From Ginglymostoma cirratum (taxonomy: Eukaryota), in the NCBI GenBank assembly GCA_024137785.1, contig JAHRHZ010000028.1:562753-626752 (forward strand): a stretch of 64,000 nt of DNA. Reading direction: 5' to 3'. The translations under genes were made by a program, and so were the position numbers. The notes beneath the pieces were generated by a model, which saw only the letters and a list, made by a program, of their open reading frames with translations, did not search any database and was not told the DNA's origin. Each line of letters begins with the position of its first letter. The stretch's first letter is position 1. This document shows positions 51,679-64,000 of the stretch, in pieces.

Positions 51679-52310
51679 TGTGGTGGGTGCTGGGGGGATT
51701 GGAGCACCAAGACATCGTGTTCAATTCTTTACACCTGTCCATGGCTGTTAGAATATGCCGTGTGGAGGTTTGTCAAGGCTTTAGTTGCAGAAACCTACAG
51801 CACAGAAGGTGGCCATTTGGCCCTTTGTTCCTACGCCAACTCATTGAAGGAGCTATTCAGTTAATTCCACAATCTTTCCCCTCAGTCTGATAGATGTTTT
51901 ATTTTCTTCACAAATGCAAAAAATGCACTTCTTGAAAGTAAATTATGAAATTGTTTTCACTATAGTTTCAGGGGATCTCTTTGAGACCATGCCATCAAAC
52001 TTCACAAAACAAAATTGTCATTGACTCTGTTTCTTCTGCCATTACTTCAAATAGATCCAGATAATATCTGCCATATCCTTACCCTTTAGTTTCTCCTTAC
52101 TTAATATAACCCATGCATAATTTTGAACACACTTTTCAACTCACAACTCCTTTAGCCTCTCCACCAAGCTAGAATCCCTCATCCCTGGTAACAGTCTAGC
52201 AAAAATGTATGTGGATCCTCCAGTAACTTTCCCCGAAAGTGTGAAGCCCAGAATTGGGGACAATGACCCATCTGAGGCTTAACCAATAGTTTGTAAAGGT
52301 GTAGTTTAAC

Positions 52311-52856
52311 TTAGATAACAAGGTGTAGAGTTGGATGAACACAGCAGGCCAAGCAGCATCAGAGGAGNNNNNNNNNNNNNNNNNNNNNNNNNNNNNNNNN
52401 NNNNNNNNNNNNNNNNNNNNNNNNNNNNNNNNNNNNNNNNNNNNNNNNNNNNNNNNNNNNNNNNNNNNNNNNNNNNNNNNNNNNNNNNNNNNNNNNNNNN
52501 NNNNNNNNNNNNNNNNNNNNNNNNNNNNNNNNNNNNNNNNNNNNNNNNNNNNNNNNNNNNNNNNNNNNNNNNNNNNNNNNNNNNNNNNNNNNNNNNNNNN
52601 NNNNNNNNNNNNNNNNNNNNNNNNNNNNNNNNNNNNNNNNNNNNNNNNNNNNNNNNNNNNNNNNNNNNNNNNNNNNNNNNNNNNNNNNNNNNNNNNNNNN
52701 NNNNNNNNNNNNNNNNNNNNNNNNNNNNNNNNNNNNNNNNNNNNNNNNNNNNNNNNNNNNNNNNNNNCTCCTCTGATGCTGCTTGGCCTGCTGTGTTCAT
52801 CCAACTCTACACCTTGTAATCTCAGATTCTTCTGTATCGACAGTTCCTACTATCTC
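52311..52856. mobile_element. Palindromic Penelope-derived element spanning an assembly gap
   Basis: 52318-52367 is the exact reverse complement of 52768-52817; direct repeat tagtttaac at 52302-52310 and 52857-52865. Confidence 0.75.
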
Positions 52857-53793
52857 TAGTTTAACCTTACTTGTGTTTGCGATCTGTGCTTCAATTTTAA
52901 ATGTAATGTAAGAAATGTTTTCCATAAGCAGCCTTTACAGATTAGGGTAGAATTGATTCAAAATAAGTGAAATTGAAAAAGAGACAATGCTGCAGATTGC
53001 AAAATAGATCTTATCATGACTGAGTATCACTAAAATGGCAGCAGGATATGGTGGAGGAAGTTAATTGTGGAAATGGTATAGAGTGGAACTTTGAGATGCT
53101 GGACACAGGTGGAAGAAGCAACATCAAGCTTGTATGTAAGTTTTTTTTATTGCTAGTTTGCACACTGGAATGTCAGTATACATTGTGTTAACTCAATTTA
53201 TCTGCCATGACTGAATTAAACAGTAGAGAAGGCTCAAGGAGTTGAAAAGTTTAATTCTGCTCCTTGTTGGTGTGCTCATTTCTTTTAAACCAAGAGACCA
53301 CTGCCTTGCCTTTGACATAATATTTAACCTTGGGTTTATCAATTAAGCTGCAGCTTGTTTCAGAATGTTAATGGGAGATGTTTCAGCATTGATTAACTTC
53401 TTCCACTCTTGTATCTTCTTCAACTTCTGGATACTGAAGCATATTAATGTTAGAGGATTTTATGTCATGGACAGTCTAGCCCATGCTGGTTAATGGTGTA
53501 AGGTAGGAAATAGCTTATAAAGGGAAGAATACTGCAAAGGATTTGCTTATTGAGTAGTTTTTAAGCGAGCATTTGTTGGTGATTTAGCCAACAAATTTAA
53601 CATCCTGTCACTTCAGTAACATTTTACTGAAATCTTTTAGCAATTTGATCTCTGGTTAACATACTAGCTTTGACACTTCAGTACAGTACGGTGAGTTGTT
53701 TGATATCACTTTCTGTTAAAGCCCAGGAACAGTGACCTCGTTAATAACAGTGACCCCTTAAAATATGCAACACTACAAAAATAAAATATCTAA

Positions 53794-53885
53794 GATAACA
53801 AGCATGGGGCTGGATGAACACAGCAGGTCAAGCAGCATCATAGGAGCAGGAAAACTTGACATTTCGGGCCTAAACCCTTCATCAG
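53794..53885 (-). mobile_element. 92-bp Penelope-derived insertion with hammerhead core and 11-bp TSD
   Basis: aaaatatctaa at 53783-53793 and 53886-53896; minus strand begins CTGATGA-agggtttaggccc-GAAATGTC (53858-53885). Confidence 0.8.
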
Positions 53886-56800
53886 AAAATATCTAACTTG
53901 CCTGTTCTGTCCACCTCCTCATTTAATTATAATAATCTATCAGTACATCTATCTGTAAATCTGCCAATTTCATTGGCATATTGCATCCTCACACCTCAAG
54001 CTGTAAGTGCATGTATCCATAAATAAATTAAGTTGGCATCCCTAATTTGCATGTTTCCTGTGTTGGCTGTAATAACAGAAACTGAACACAACCAAATCAG
54101 GCCAACCAATAGAGTTTCTGCAATGTTGGAAAATCCTTTCATTAAATAAAATTAGGGACCTTCTACTCATTTTTGAAGGAGGTTGAGAAATTAATGAAGA
54201 CATGGAGATATTTGAATGACTAAATTAAATTGCATCATTGTGAACTGGCAGTTTTGAGAATTTTTATTTATTCCAACTATTGTTTTGACCATTAGAGATT
54301 TCATATTCCGAGGGGAGAATGGTTGGAGCAAGACAATCAGTGTTTTGAGTCATTTACGGAAAACCTGGAGCCAAATTATCCCATTACAGATCCATGGATT
54401 GTCAATGAAATGGTGTAACAATATGTTGTCAGTGTAGATTTCAACTATATAAGAGTGAAAGGCACATGTTGGCCGAATTTTCAGGCCTGGGATTCTTCAG
54501 GCCATCTGGATCAAGGACTTAAGACCATATGAAATTGGAGCAGGTGTAGGCCATTCAGCCCTTCCAGCCTGCTGTACCATTCTACAAGATTATGGCTAGT
54601 CTAATTGGGCCTCATCTCCCATTTTGTACCAGGTCATCATCCCCCTCCTCCTTAATATTTTCAATGGTCCAGCCTGCATAATTCTCCCAGATAGAGAATT
54701 CCAGGTATTCACTACCCTCTGGGACAAGAAGTTCCTTCGCATTTCAGTATAAACTGAGTGTCCCTGTATTCTGCAACTATTTCCCATGGTTTGAGATTCG
54801 CCCATGAGTGGAAACAGTTTTTCAATAAAAAGCAGGGGGAGAGCTCAGAGCAGCTGCTTGAAGGTGAAAGTCAGGCAGACCTTGGTTGACCACCAGCTTC
54901 CAAGTACCATGTGGAGAGTGAGTTTCAGGAGACAGGGTAGGAAGTGAGGACGAGAGAAGCTATATCTTATCTTGTGTGGGGGCCTGCTTAAATTATGCAC
55001 CTTTTGCAGCACAGCATACTAACCTAACCAGGCAGATAGAGTTACAGTAAACTCATGTCTGTTTGATACTTCTAGCGTCGTAAAGGCTGATCATTACACA
55101 AATACAGGAGTAACTCATATCCCGCTATTTAAAATGAGTTTTCAAATACTTATATTGAAATTCTAAACTATAGATATGTAAATATCTGGTGTGAGAAATC
55201 AAAACATATAAGCCTTCACTAGTATAAGGCTGGGGTTCTCCATCTATTATTATCTATCCATAAAACTATAATTTCCAACGACATTGTGGAAATGTGATCT
55301 CAGATTAAAAACCCACCAGAATCCTTCATCATTCTCTGTCGCCCAAGTGAGCATTGGAAAAGAAGCCCAAATTCATGAGAAATTTTGTTTTCAGTCCTGT
55401 TTCAGCCATTGATCATGTTTCAATAAGTTAATTGTTCCACGGTGAATGCCCTGTCAGGTAATGAAGGTCATTCGATTGATATCACAGATTTTCCAGAGTG
55501 CAGAAAGATCTCCGTTTTAGATGCAGAGCGAATGACCCTATCTTTCCCAATAAAGCTGTGGGGAGATTATGTGTGAGAGTGAGCAGTATTTCCCAAACTG
55601 TAAATTATATGTTGTTTTTAATCCCTGTTTTAATCTCCACTTTTAACTCGAATTTCCGTCGTAGCGGATTTAGTTCTTGAAGACTGTAACTTTGTTGGCA
55701 TTTTTATGTGATAATTATTTGGCTTGTGTGACTTTGTGCGCTGACACTTTTAGAAGCCAATCCATGTGTTATCATTTATGACAGAAATTCAGAATTTTGT
55801 ACTAAAGCAATGATTGTATTTGTAATATGAATGTTTTGGGGTCAGTCTGTATTTTAAATAAAACAAATAAAAGTGTTAGTTCTTCAGCTATATCTTCCCT
55901 CAAAGAGTTGACTGTTTTATTCATGGCTTTCAAAAGAAATTTGTGTAAATACCTCTGGGAGACAAAGTGACATGAATGTGAGGCTAACGTAGGAGAGTGG
56001 CACTAGATTGATCCTGTGTTAGCTCATTCAAAGGACAATGGATCAAATGGCCTCCTACTGTTCTATGATATCCTATGATTCCAAAACACCATAAGATGTA
56101 GGAGCAGAAGTAGGTCCAACAAGCCTGCTCTACCATTCAATAAGACCATGCTCAATTGCAGCAACATTAGTGTAACTTCACTTTAAGAGGGACAGACTAC
56201 TTTTAAGAAGAGCCAGGTAGCTGATCTATGAGGTTTCTGTGTAATGCTTAAGAGCCCCCAGCTGACTGTAAAGGCAGCATTAGAAAGGGGACAACTGTAT
56301 CAGACCCACTAGCTGAGATATTCCAATAATATAGTTGGAGTGGGTGCATCAAAGTTACATTCTGTCTGTTGTAATTGGGTATGGGTAGGCCATAGATTGT
56401 GGACACCCACAGAGAAGGAGCGCAAGCCATATGCTAGACCCTTATTTAGTTATAAAAGTAGTTTTGAGGATAATTGCCTTTCATAGTGATCTGAAAAGTG
56501 TCAAATTTGAACATCTAATTGCAAGAATAACATTTCCAATGAGATGCAGCAACTCAGTACTGCATTAGAGCATCAAGTCTAGATCTTGGATTGAACCTGA
56601 TCCCAGAACCTTCTGACTTAGAGGTAAGTTTGTTCTCGCTGAACGAATGCCTGATGCTCACATCACCATGAGACTTATTCTTTTGCAGAATGTGATATCG
56701 TTGACAATGTTAGCATTTGTTGCCTATCAGGAATTACCCTTGAACTGAATGGTCTTGCTAGACAGTTTCAGAGAGCTGTTAGGGGTCAGCCACATTATTG

Positions 56801-59800
56801 TGGATCCAGAGTCAAATGAGACATTTCCTTTCCAAAGAGGCATTTGTTCTTTCAACAATCACTGGCCCTCTGTCAATTATGGTCATGTTGTGCATTTTGC
56901 CTCCAACTGCGTTTTTAATCTGATTTAACAGCACTGATGATATCCCTCATAACAAAAGAAATTGGGCTCAGATTTTGTCCTGATAAAGAATCCAACCGAT
57001 ATTTATTACAACTGAATATATACACAAACAATACATTCCTCAGGAGTTATCCAAGTGTGGGAGCTTATATTAAGTTATTTGGTCACAGTTGAGCAGCATA
57101 GTGCATCGTGCTTCAGGTGATCAGAGTTAAGATGGAGTATGAGCCTTTTATACCCAGAGGTCACAGACTATGAAATAGTGATGATAACATGGGTGTGTTT
57201 CTTCATGCTATACTAGTAATGAGATATCACAACAGGAATTAGCCATTTTAAGACAAACTTCAGTCACTGTCAACTATTATGGTCATCTTGGAGATTATGT
57301 TCTAGAGTTTATTAATAGAGTTTAGTTTCTACCAGCTGCCGTGTTGAGATTTGAACTAACTTGAGCCTCTACATCACTAGATGAGTGCAAAATTATAACT
57401 ATGGCCACTGACTGCACGTCTCCTGTACTTGCTTGTGAATCTGTGATATGCAGAATAGCAAGTGAATAGTAACACACCAAGAATGGGATTCATAACTTAT
57501 CCATTATCAAATAGAATTACAACTGTAAGGTCGACCAATCCAGAGTACAACACACAGGAGTCCTGTTCGCTGTGCTGTCTTAGCAACAATTCTTTATAAT
57601 CTCCCACCACGTCCTTTTAAATTCATTGCTCGCTGGAGTGTAACTCTGACAAATACAAACCAGTTATCATTTAATGCTTGGCTGCCTCACACATTGTACC
57701 TGAATTCATTTGAGCAGTCTATTACCTACAGAGAAAGAGAAAGCTTAGTAGTGTCATGGAGCATCAACTTATCAAGGAATTGACAGCATTCATGCATCAG
57801 TCACAACTGTGACTAAGTGTTAAGTCACTGCCACTGATAAAACGTATTCCAATCTCTTGAAAGTTGAGAATGTTTTTAATGACGGCATCCTGAACAGTAA
57901 TATTTATTGAGAATAACTGAAAGATCTCCATTTTACAAATATATCCTGTGAAGTGACAGAATAGTTACAGCACCCAAAGAGGATATTTGGCTCATCTTGT
58001 CCTCTGTCACCATTCACTGGGATCGTACTTCATAATCAAGCCCTGCAATTCATCCTAAAAGTTAGGAAAGTCGCCAGTTTACTTGTTGGACAGACTCAAG
58101 TGAATAGAAAACCACATTTCTGTACCTAACAAAAGTAATTATTAACAACAAGTAGATAGTTATTTTACTGTGGTTAAAATCCATAAACTGTTGACATTTT
58201 CTCTAATAGAGAAAACTTTAACCACCTTCTACAATCCCCTACAAACATGCAGAAGTAGATACAGGCAGCAAAAAGTTTGGTATTATGGATGGCAGAATGA
58301 GAAATACTAGAAAGACAAATCAATAGCACCAGTGCTCCTTTTGTTTCCCAAGGTGTTCAGTTTTCTGATGTCTTACTTCAGTTTTATCTCACTTCTTTAT
58401 GGGAGGCAGAGTGACTGATTCATTAATTAGAAAATATCTGATTTATTGGTTAAAATCACAGCTTACAGCAAATAGTAGAAGAAAACAGATTGGCTTTCTT
58501 CAGGCATTAGGCTAGAGAGATGTGCACCAACTGGCATGTCAACAGTTTGAAGGCTTTTCATTGTATCATTCATTTCCACAAGCTATCCAGCAAACCAGGA
58601 TCCAATCAGATGGCTGTTTTCAGGTCGATGGACTTTGACCAATTGCGGATGCCACAACTCTACAAACTGATCAGCAACCTGTTGCTGGGTGAATCTCACT
58701 TTGAACATGGAACCCTACAATCAGGCTGTCTGCAAATATCTTCCTCCACTCTGAACACAGTAGCAGTGTTACCAGCACACACTTCAGAAACTATTTTTTA
58801 AAAAAAAACACTGCAGCTCCTCTGCAATCCCTTGCTATGAAATAATCCTTTCCAAGCTCAATCCTTAAAAGTAAATTAAAAGTGTAGAATTTAAATCACT
58901 GCAAAATCAATTCAGCTAGTCCCATGCCCCTGCCTTTTATCTGTATCTTTCTCTCAAGAGATTTATTGTACGTCATTTGAAAGGCTCAATTAAATATGCC
59001 TCCACCTCCCTGCAAGGTACAGTGTTCCAGATCCGAAACATTCCCTGACGATCCCAGCTAGTGAAGGTGATTTTCAGAGATGGTAGAGGGAAGGTGTTGG
59101 TATAGTGAGTTTTCGGTAGCAGCACAGTGAAACAGTATAGTGGGAATGTTACGAGAGCAGTCAAAGGTCAAGAACGCTCCTTTGACAATGTGTGATTAAA
59201 TCCACCAATGCAGTTGAAGGTGATTTAACTTAATCACTAAATCTGAAATGAAACACTTGATTGGTTAATGGTGATCATGATATTTCCGGACTTTTGTTGA
59301 AACTCATTTGGTTCATTCATATCCTCAAGGCAAGATATCTGCCATCTTTAGCAATCTGGTCTGTATGTGACTTGAGACCCACATTTAATGGTCCTCTGAA
59401 ATGGCTTTTATGAGCCATTCAGTTATAAGGGCATTAATGTTCACAAAAAGAATAAGTAAAATCACCTCTAATTGACCTATCAAAACCAGTTCATGTTTGT
59501 TCTTTTCTCTTGTGGAAATAAACATATCCACTAAGTTGCAAGGTAACTTAAGACTTTAACTCCTAGTGGACATGGGTCTACACGAGAAAGTTGGGCAGCA
59601 GTGGACCTTATGATCGGTAAGTCTGGAAGATCATTGGAAGGTCAAGCCATTGGAAGGTCATGGGTGACCTTAAGATCACTAGTGCTTTTCTGCTGTTTCC
59701 CAGTGTACTTTAATTCTCTTTAGTGCTCTCAAACCTATCAATTTCAGTTTTAAAGAACCTCAAAGAAGGGATATGCTGGCCCAGCTGTATATGGTTGAGA

Positions 59801-61035
59801 ATTGCAAAAATTTGCAAATCTGTGAATGAAGGAGTTAACAAAAAGCAGTAATATTTGGAAATGAACATATTTGGCATACTGGAGCTCCATAATGTGCATT
59901 TACAATGACTTGTCCCATTTAGATACTGTTTCTTTTCAGCAAAGGCTGGCCCTACATTACCTCAATAACATGTTACATCGTCTTTGTTAAGAATTTTTAA
60001 ATATATTTATTCTTTAGAGCTTATCAGCCTGAGGTGCTGTGATAACCAACATTAAAAGTTATTTCTCCTTCTTTCTTCCATAAATCATTCATGTATCTTA
60101 ACTCACACCAATCACCATTTAATCATCACCCTTTTGCTTCCTGATTAATACTAGCTCCCACCAGGTATTGCCTCCATTGAAAATTCTCATCCTCGTGTCC
60201 AATTCTTCCATGACATTAATGCGTCATATCTCATGACCTTCTCCAGTCCAATTCTGGTTTATTTGCGAATGCCAGCTTCCTTTGTTCTTAGTTGGCATAA
60301 CCACACCTCCAGCTACCAAGGCTTTGACCTATGAAACTTGCTCCCTGAATCGTTGTCTCTCTCTATTTCTTTTTCCGACTGTGTCTCACCTTAAAACCTA
60401 CCTCTAACTAGTCACCTACTCCAATAGGTCCTGATGTGGCTTGGTGTCAGATATTGTCTGAAAACATTCTTGAAGCACCTCAGGTTATTTTATCACATTG
60501 AAGGCAGTACATAAATATACAAGTTGGCAATTTGTGAAGTAGCGTTGAGGCATAATACACGCAGATAGGAATGGAGTGGTTCAGGGCGAAGTATTTCCAC
60601 ACTTTTGCAGCAACGCATTTAAGCCAAACTCAGAAGGTTGAATCGCTAGACGGCCAACCTGTGTCACATATGTTTACTCCTGAAAAATGAGCATTTGCTG
60701 AGAACAGGAATATTCCTCACTGTGTCCAGCTGACATGAACTTACCTAGTATTATCAGCAGACAGCACCATAAATGAAACGGGGGTTGTGATCAGGCTCAG
60801 AAATCACAAAAAAGGTAAACAATAAATAATCCCAAAAGAGCTGAGGTCAGAAAGATGTGAGGCACTGGTAATCATTGTGAGGGAAGTTAAGCAAGGGCTT
60901 GTAGATTGGGAACAAGCTTGTATTACGCCCTATTCTGAATCGGTGACAAAACAAGGCACCTGTGACTACAGACCAAGTCCTCTATTGCCATGGCATGTGC
61001 AATAACAAGTTGAATTTCAGACATAATCTTGACAA

Positions 61036-61278
61036 TAAAACAAGGAACTGCGGATGCTGGAAATCTGAAACAGAAACAGAAATTGCTGGTGAAACTCAGA
61101 AGGTCTGGCAGCAACTGTGGGGAGAAAACAAAGTTTCAAGTACAGTGCTTTTCTTCAGACTCAGTCACCAGACTCAAAACTTTGTTAACTTCGCTTTCTC
61201 CCTACAGATGTTGCTAGACCTGCTGAGTTTTGCCAGCAATTTCTGTTTCAGATCTTCAGTATCTGAAGTTCTTTGTTT
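61036..61278. mobile_element. Palindromic Penelope-derived element
   Basis: Arms ctgaaacagaaacagaaattgctgg…ctcagaaggtctggcagcaactgt and acagatgttgctagacctgctgag…ccagcaatttctgtttcag. Confidence 0.75.
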
Positions 61279-61732
61279 AAGTCAGGAGGAATGTTATATT
61301 AGGCACAAAATTAAAATCAAAGGGTTTGTAATCCATCACTGAAGGTTACATCTGTAATTATAAGTAAGGAAGCCTGTGAATCATATTTCTAGTTTGCAGC
61401 GCGTCACTAAACCACACGTCTGCCTGATTAGTTCCAAGTTCTATCAACAGGTACCGCAGATCCCTATTGAAAAAGCTCCAGTCCCAAGTCATTGTTTTCA
61501 TAATTACAAAATGGCAGTAATCATACGGAGTACTCCAAAAGTCCATTTGGAATAACAATAAAAATATTCCTTACTCTGCGAGGATTAATGGACAAAGAAA
61601 ACTGCAATAGGAAGCTGCCAAATTAAACCATCCATCTAAACTAAGTTGCCTTTGCAAGTATTCAAGAAAAGTCCGGGTTGCAGTGAAGTCTCAATTGCTG
61701 TAGGAAAAATATACACTCAATTCACTTTACTG

Positions 61733-62407
61733 TAAACAAGGTGCAGAGCTGGATGAACACAGCAGGCCAAGCAGCCTCATAGGAGCAGGAAAGCTTGACG
61801 TTTCGGACCTAGACCCTTCATCAGAAGTGGGGAAGGGGAAGAGGGTTCTGAAATAAATAGGGAGAGAGGGGGAGGCGGATAGAAGATGGATAGAGGGGAG
61901 GCGGATAGAAGATGGATAGAGGGGAGGCTACAGACAAGTCAAAGAGGTGGGGATGGAGTCAGTAAAGGTGAGTGCAGGTGGGGAGGTAGGGAGAAGGTAG
62001 GTCAGTCCAGGGAGGACAGACAGGTCAAGGGGGCGGGATGAGGTTAGTAGATAGGAGATGGGGGTGAAAGGTGATGTGGCTGTAGCACCTGGTTTTCTTC
62101 AGGACATGGTCGAGCAGTTTCAAGGCCGAAGAGATTATGAGACAGTTGCAGTGGGAGAGAGATCCCCTGAGGTTTGTCCGGAGGGAGGAGGGTAACTTCT
62201 TCAGGGTAGGCTTCCTTAGAAGAGGCTTCGCAGTGGGGTTAAAATTGTATCAGAGATAATAGGTACTGCAGATGCTGGAGAATCCGAGATAACAATGTGT
62301 GGTGCTGGACTTCCTGCTTCCATGATGCTGCTTGGCCTGCTGTGTTCATCCAGCTCCACACTTTGTTATCTCAGATTCTCCAGCATCTACAGTTCCTATT
62401 ATCTCTG
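61733..62407 (-). mobile_element. Internally deleted Penelope-like element with terminal inverted arms
   Basis: The left arm (61735-61790) is inverted relative to 62312-62367; 61825-62065 is the reverse complement of a C-rich 3' UTR like 8010-8230; internal tandem duplication gaggggaggcggatagaagatggata. Confidence 0.8.
61797..61824 (-). ncRNA. Minimal type-I hammerhead ribozyme motif (PLE-type)
   Basis: Minus strand ctt-CTGATGA-A-GGGTC-ta-GGTCC-GAAACGTC-aag: intact core, stem II with two GU pairs, ctt/aag helix I. Confidence 0.62.
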
Positions 62408-64000
62408 AAAGCCTAAAGTTACCTTGTCCATAAGCTGCTGTGGGCACTTACTGCAGCTAGGTCTAGCATTGGTACAAAGAGCATGGCACAGTGCCAGGTG
62501 ACTCTATTCTACCTTGGCAATTCCCTGAGACCAATTTTCAGCTTAGTGGTAGGTGAGGTTTTTTTTGTTACGATTTAAGGTATCAGATATAAACAGTTTT
62601 AAAAATCTGCTGGGGTCTGCGCAGAGGGAGAGTCCAGTGCTATTGGGCCAGTGAAAGGCTAACAGATAAGACTGGCCCTGAAACTAGTAGGACTAGTCAT
62701 TGTTCCAGTAATATTGGTCTTCGAGAACTGGTTAGACTGGTCATTGTGCTAGCCACTACAATGGAAATGCACATAATACCAGAATGTATCCAGTGCGTGT
62801 TATTGCCTGTCGTGCTATACATTGCCAAGATAGATTATCTGTATTTTCCAAGGGTCTAACAAAAGAGATATAAAAAGTCTGTATTTCCGGGTGTTTGAGC
62901 TGCTGAGCATTATATGGCAAAATCAATCCTCTTCCCTGGCTAAATCCTTTCCCCGCTCGCCCAGTTGCTCTCTGCCTCTTGTCTCTCTCCTGGCATCTCC
63001 CAGCTCCTGCACCTCCTCTCCATCTGCAGCTGACTAAGAATGGGAATGCTGGGACTTGAGTGTGGGCTGCTCTGAAATCCAGGAAGAGGCACCACTGCTG
63101 GTGGGTTTGAGGGCTATGCCTGCTCAGAGTGCGCGATTATTGGAATCAGAAATCCCGACTATCCAGTATTTTAGTCAATCTTTGGGACCAACTCCCTGAA
63201 GAATCATTGGAAGTAGTGAGCACTGACAGAGTCAATTGCAATTGGAATTTTTTTTTCTGAAGACATAGCACCTGAATCACGAGCTGGTAAGTGAAGTGTA
63301 GTTTGAAAGAGACTTTGGTCTTCACTTTCAGCTTTGGGAGGTTGAAAAGTATCCTGTTGAATTGTATTCATGTCAGAAGCCAGGGTGGGAGGGCATCCTT
63401 GGGTTAAGGTTATGATGGGCACAAGCAAAAAATCAGACCTATAGGCCACCCATGAACTGTTTGAAGAAACCTACCAAGCCTTAGGCTCTCAGCAGACTGG
63501 TAATCTGACAAAGATCTTCCTCCGGCCAAAACCAGGGCTTGTCCCAAATATCACCCATCCATCCATCCATGGGCATCACAGCAGCAGCAGCTCACCCTCA
63601 GTTGGCAGTCAATCACTTATCCTCTGACCGCACATCCCAAGCAGAGTTGGGGATCCCACTCAGGATACAGTGTGTGAGCTTCTCCTTTGCGAAGCTACTA
63701 TCAGAACACCAAACCCTCACCTTCCTCAGTGCATTCTCTACTCCCAGCTCTCAACTAGTCAAAACTCAGCGCAGTCTGCAGAAATATTTGCAGTTACCCC
63801 AAAATGCCTACTTGCAAGAGGTTGGCTTTGGCCTCAACGTTTATCAAGAAAGTGCCCTGGAGCATTTGACAATAAGCAGCCTATTTCACCAAGGTGGGTC
63901 TGTCTTTGAAAAGAGAGGACAGCAAAGGTTGATGACATGAGAGCTGGAAGAAAGCAGAAGGTGTGCAGCTCCTCACTGACCGTAGACTGCCCTACTATTA

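Noticed and set aside
52196-52859. Mirror-image ORFs on both strands
   Set aside because: Produced by the palindrome plus N gap; not coding.
63539-63940. 133-aa ORF near the window end
   Set aside because: No recognisable domain or convincing splice context; possibly a decayed transposon.
1-64000. CRISPR array, operon or prokaryotic defence system
   Set aside because: Spliced vertebrate locus; no regularly spaced repeat-spacer array or dense intact ORFs.

Overview
Vertebrate genomic DNA, most likely a shark (inferred from the repeat families; draft assembly with N gaps). The only host gene I can support is the 3' half of synaptotagmin-6 (SYT6, + strand), with four coding exons at 9112-9232, 24519-24690, 26805-26934 and 37892-37963 that encode the C2B domain and C-terminal tail. 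A candidate alternative stop-containing exon lies at 30520-30616. The upstream exons lie outside the window. Much of the remainder is decayed mobile DNA: many CR1 LINEs (one near full-length), L2/Rex-like tails, V-SINE and Deu-like SINEs, a Tigger-like MITE, Harbinger transposase and Myb relics, a Gypsy LTR relic and numerous Penelope-like elements (PLEs). The most notable observations are minimal hammerhead-ribozyme cores in the PLEs and their short TSD-flanked palindromic derivatives, a three-level Gypsy>Penelope>CR1 nest, and a Penelope inverted repeat whose inner arms share inactivating mutations, suggesting gene conversion. Repeat boundaries were read by eye and are approximate unless a TSD or TIR is quoted. 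Family names and reference sequences are recalled, not database-checked.
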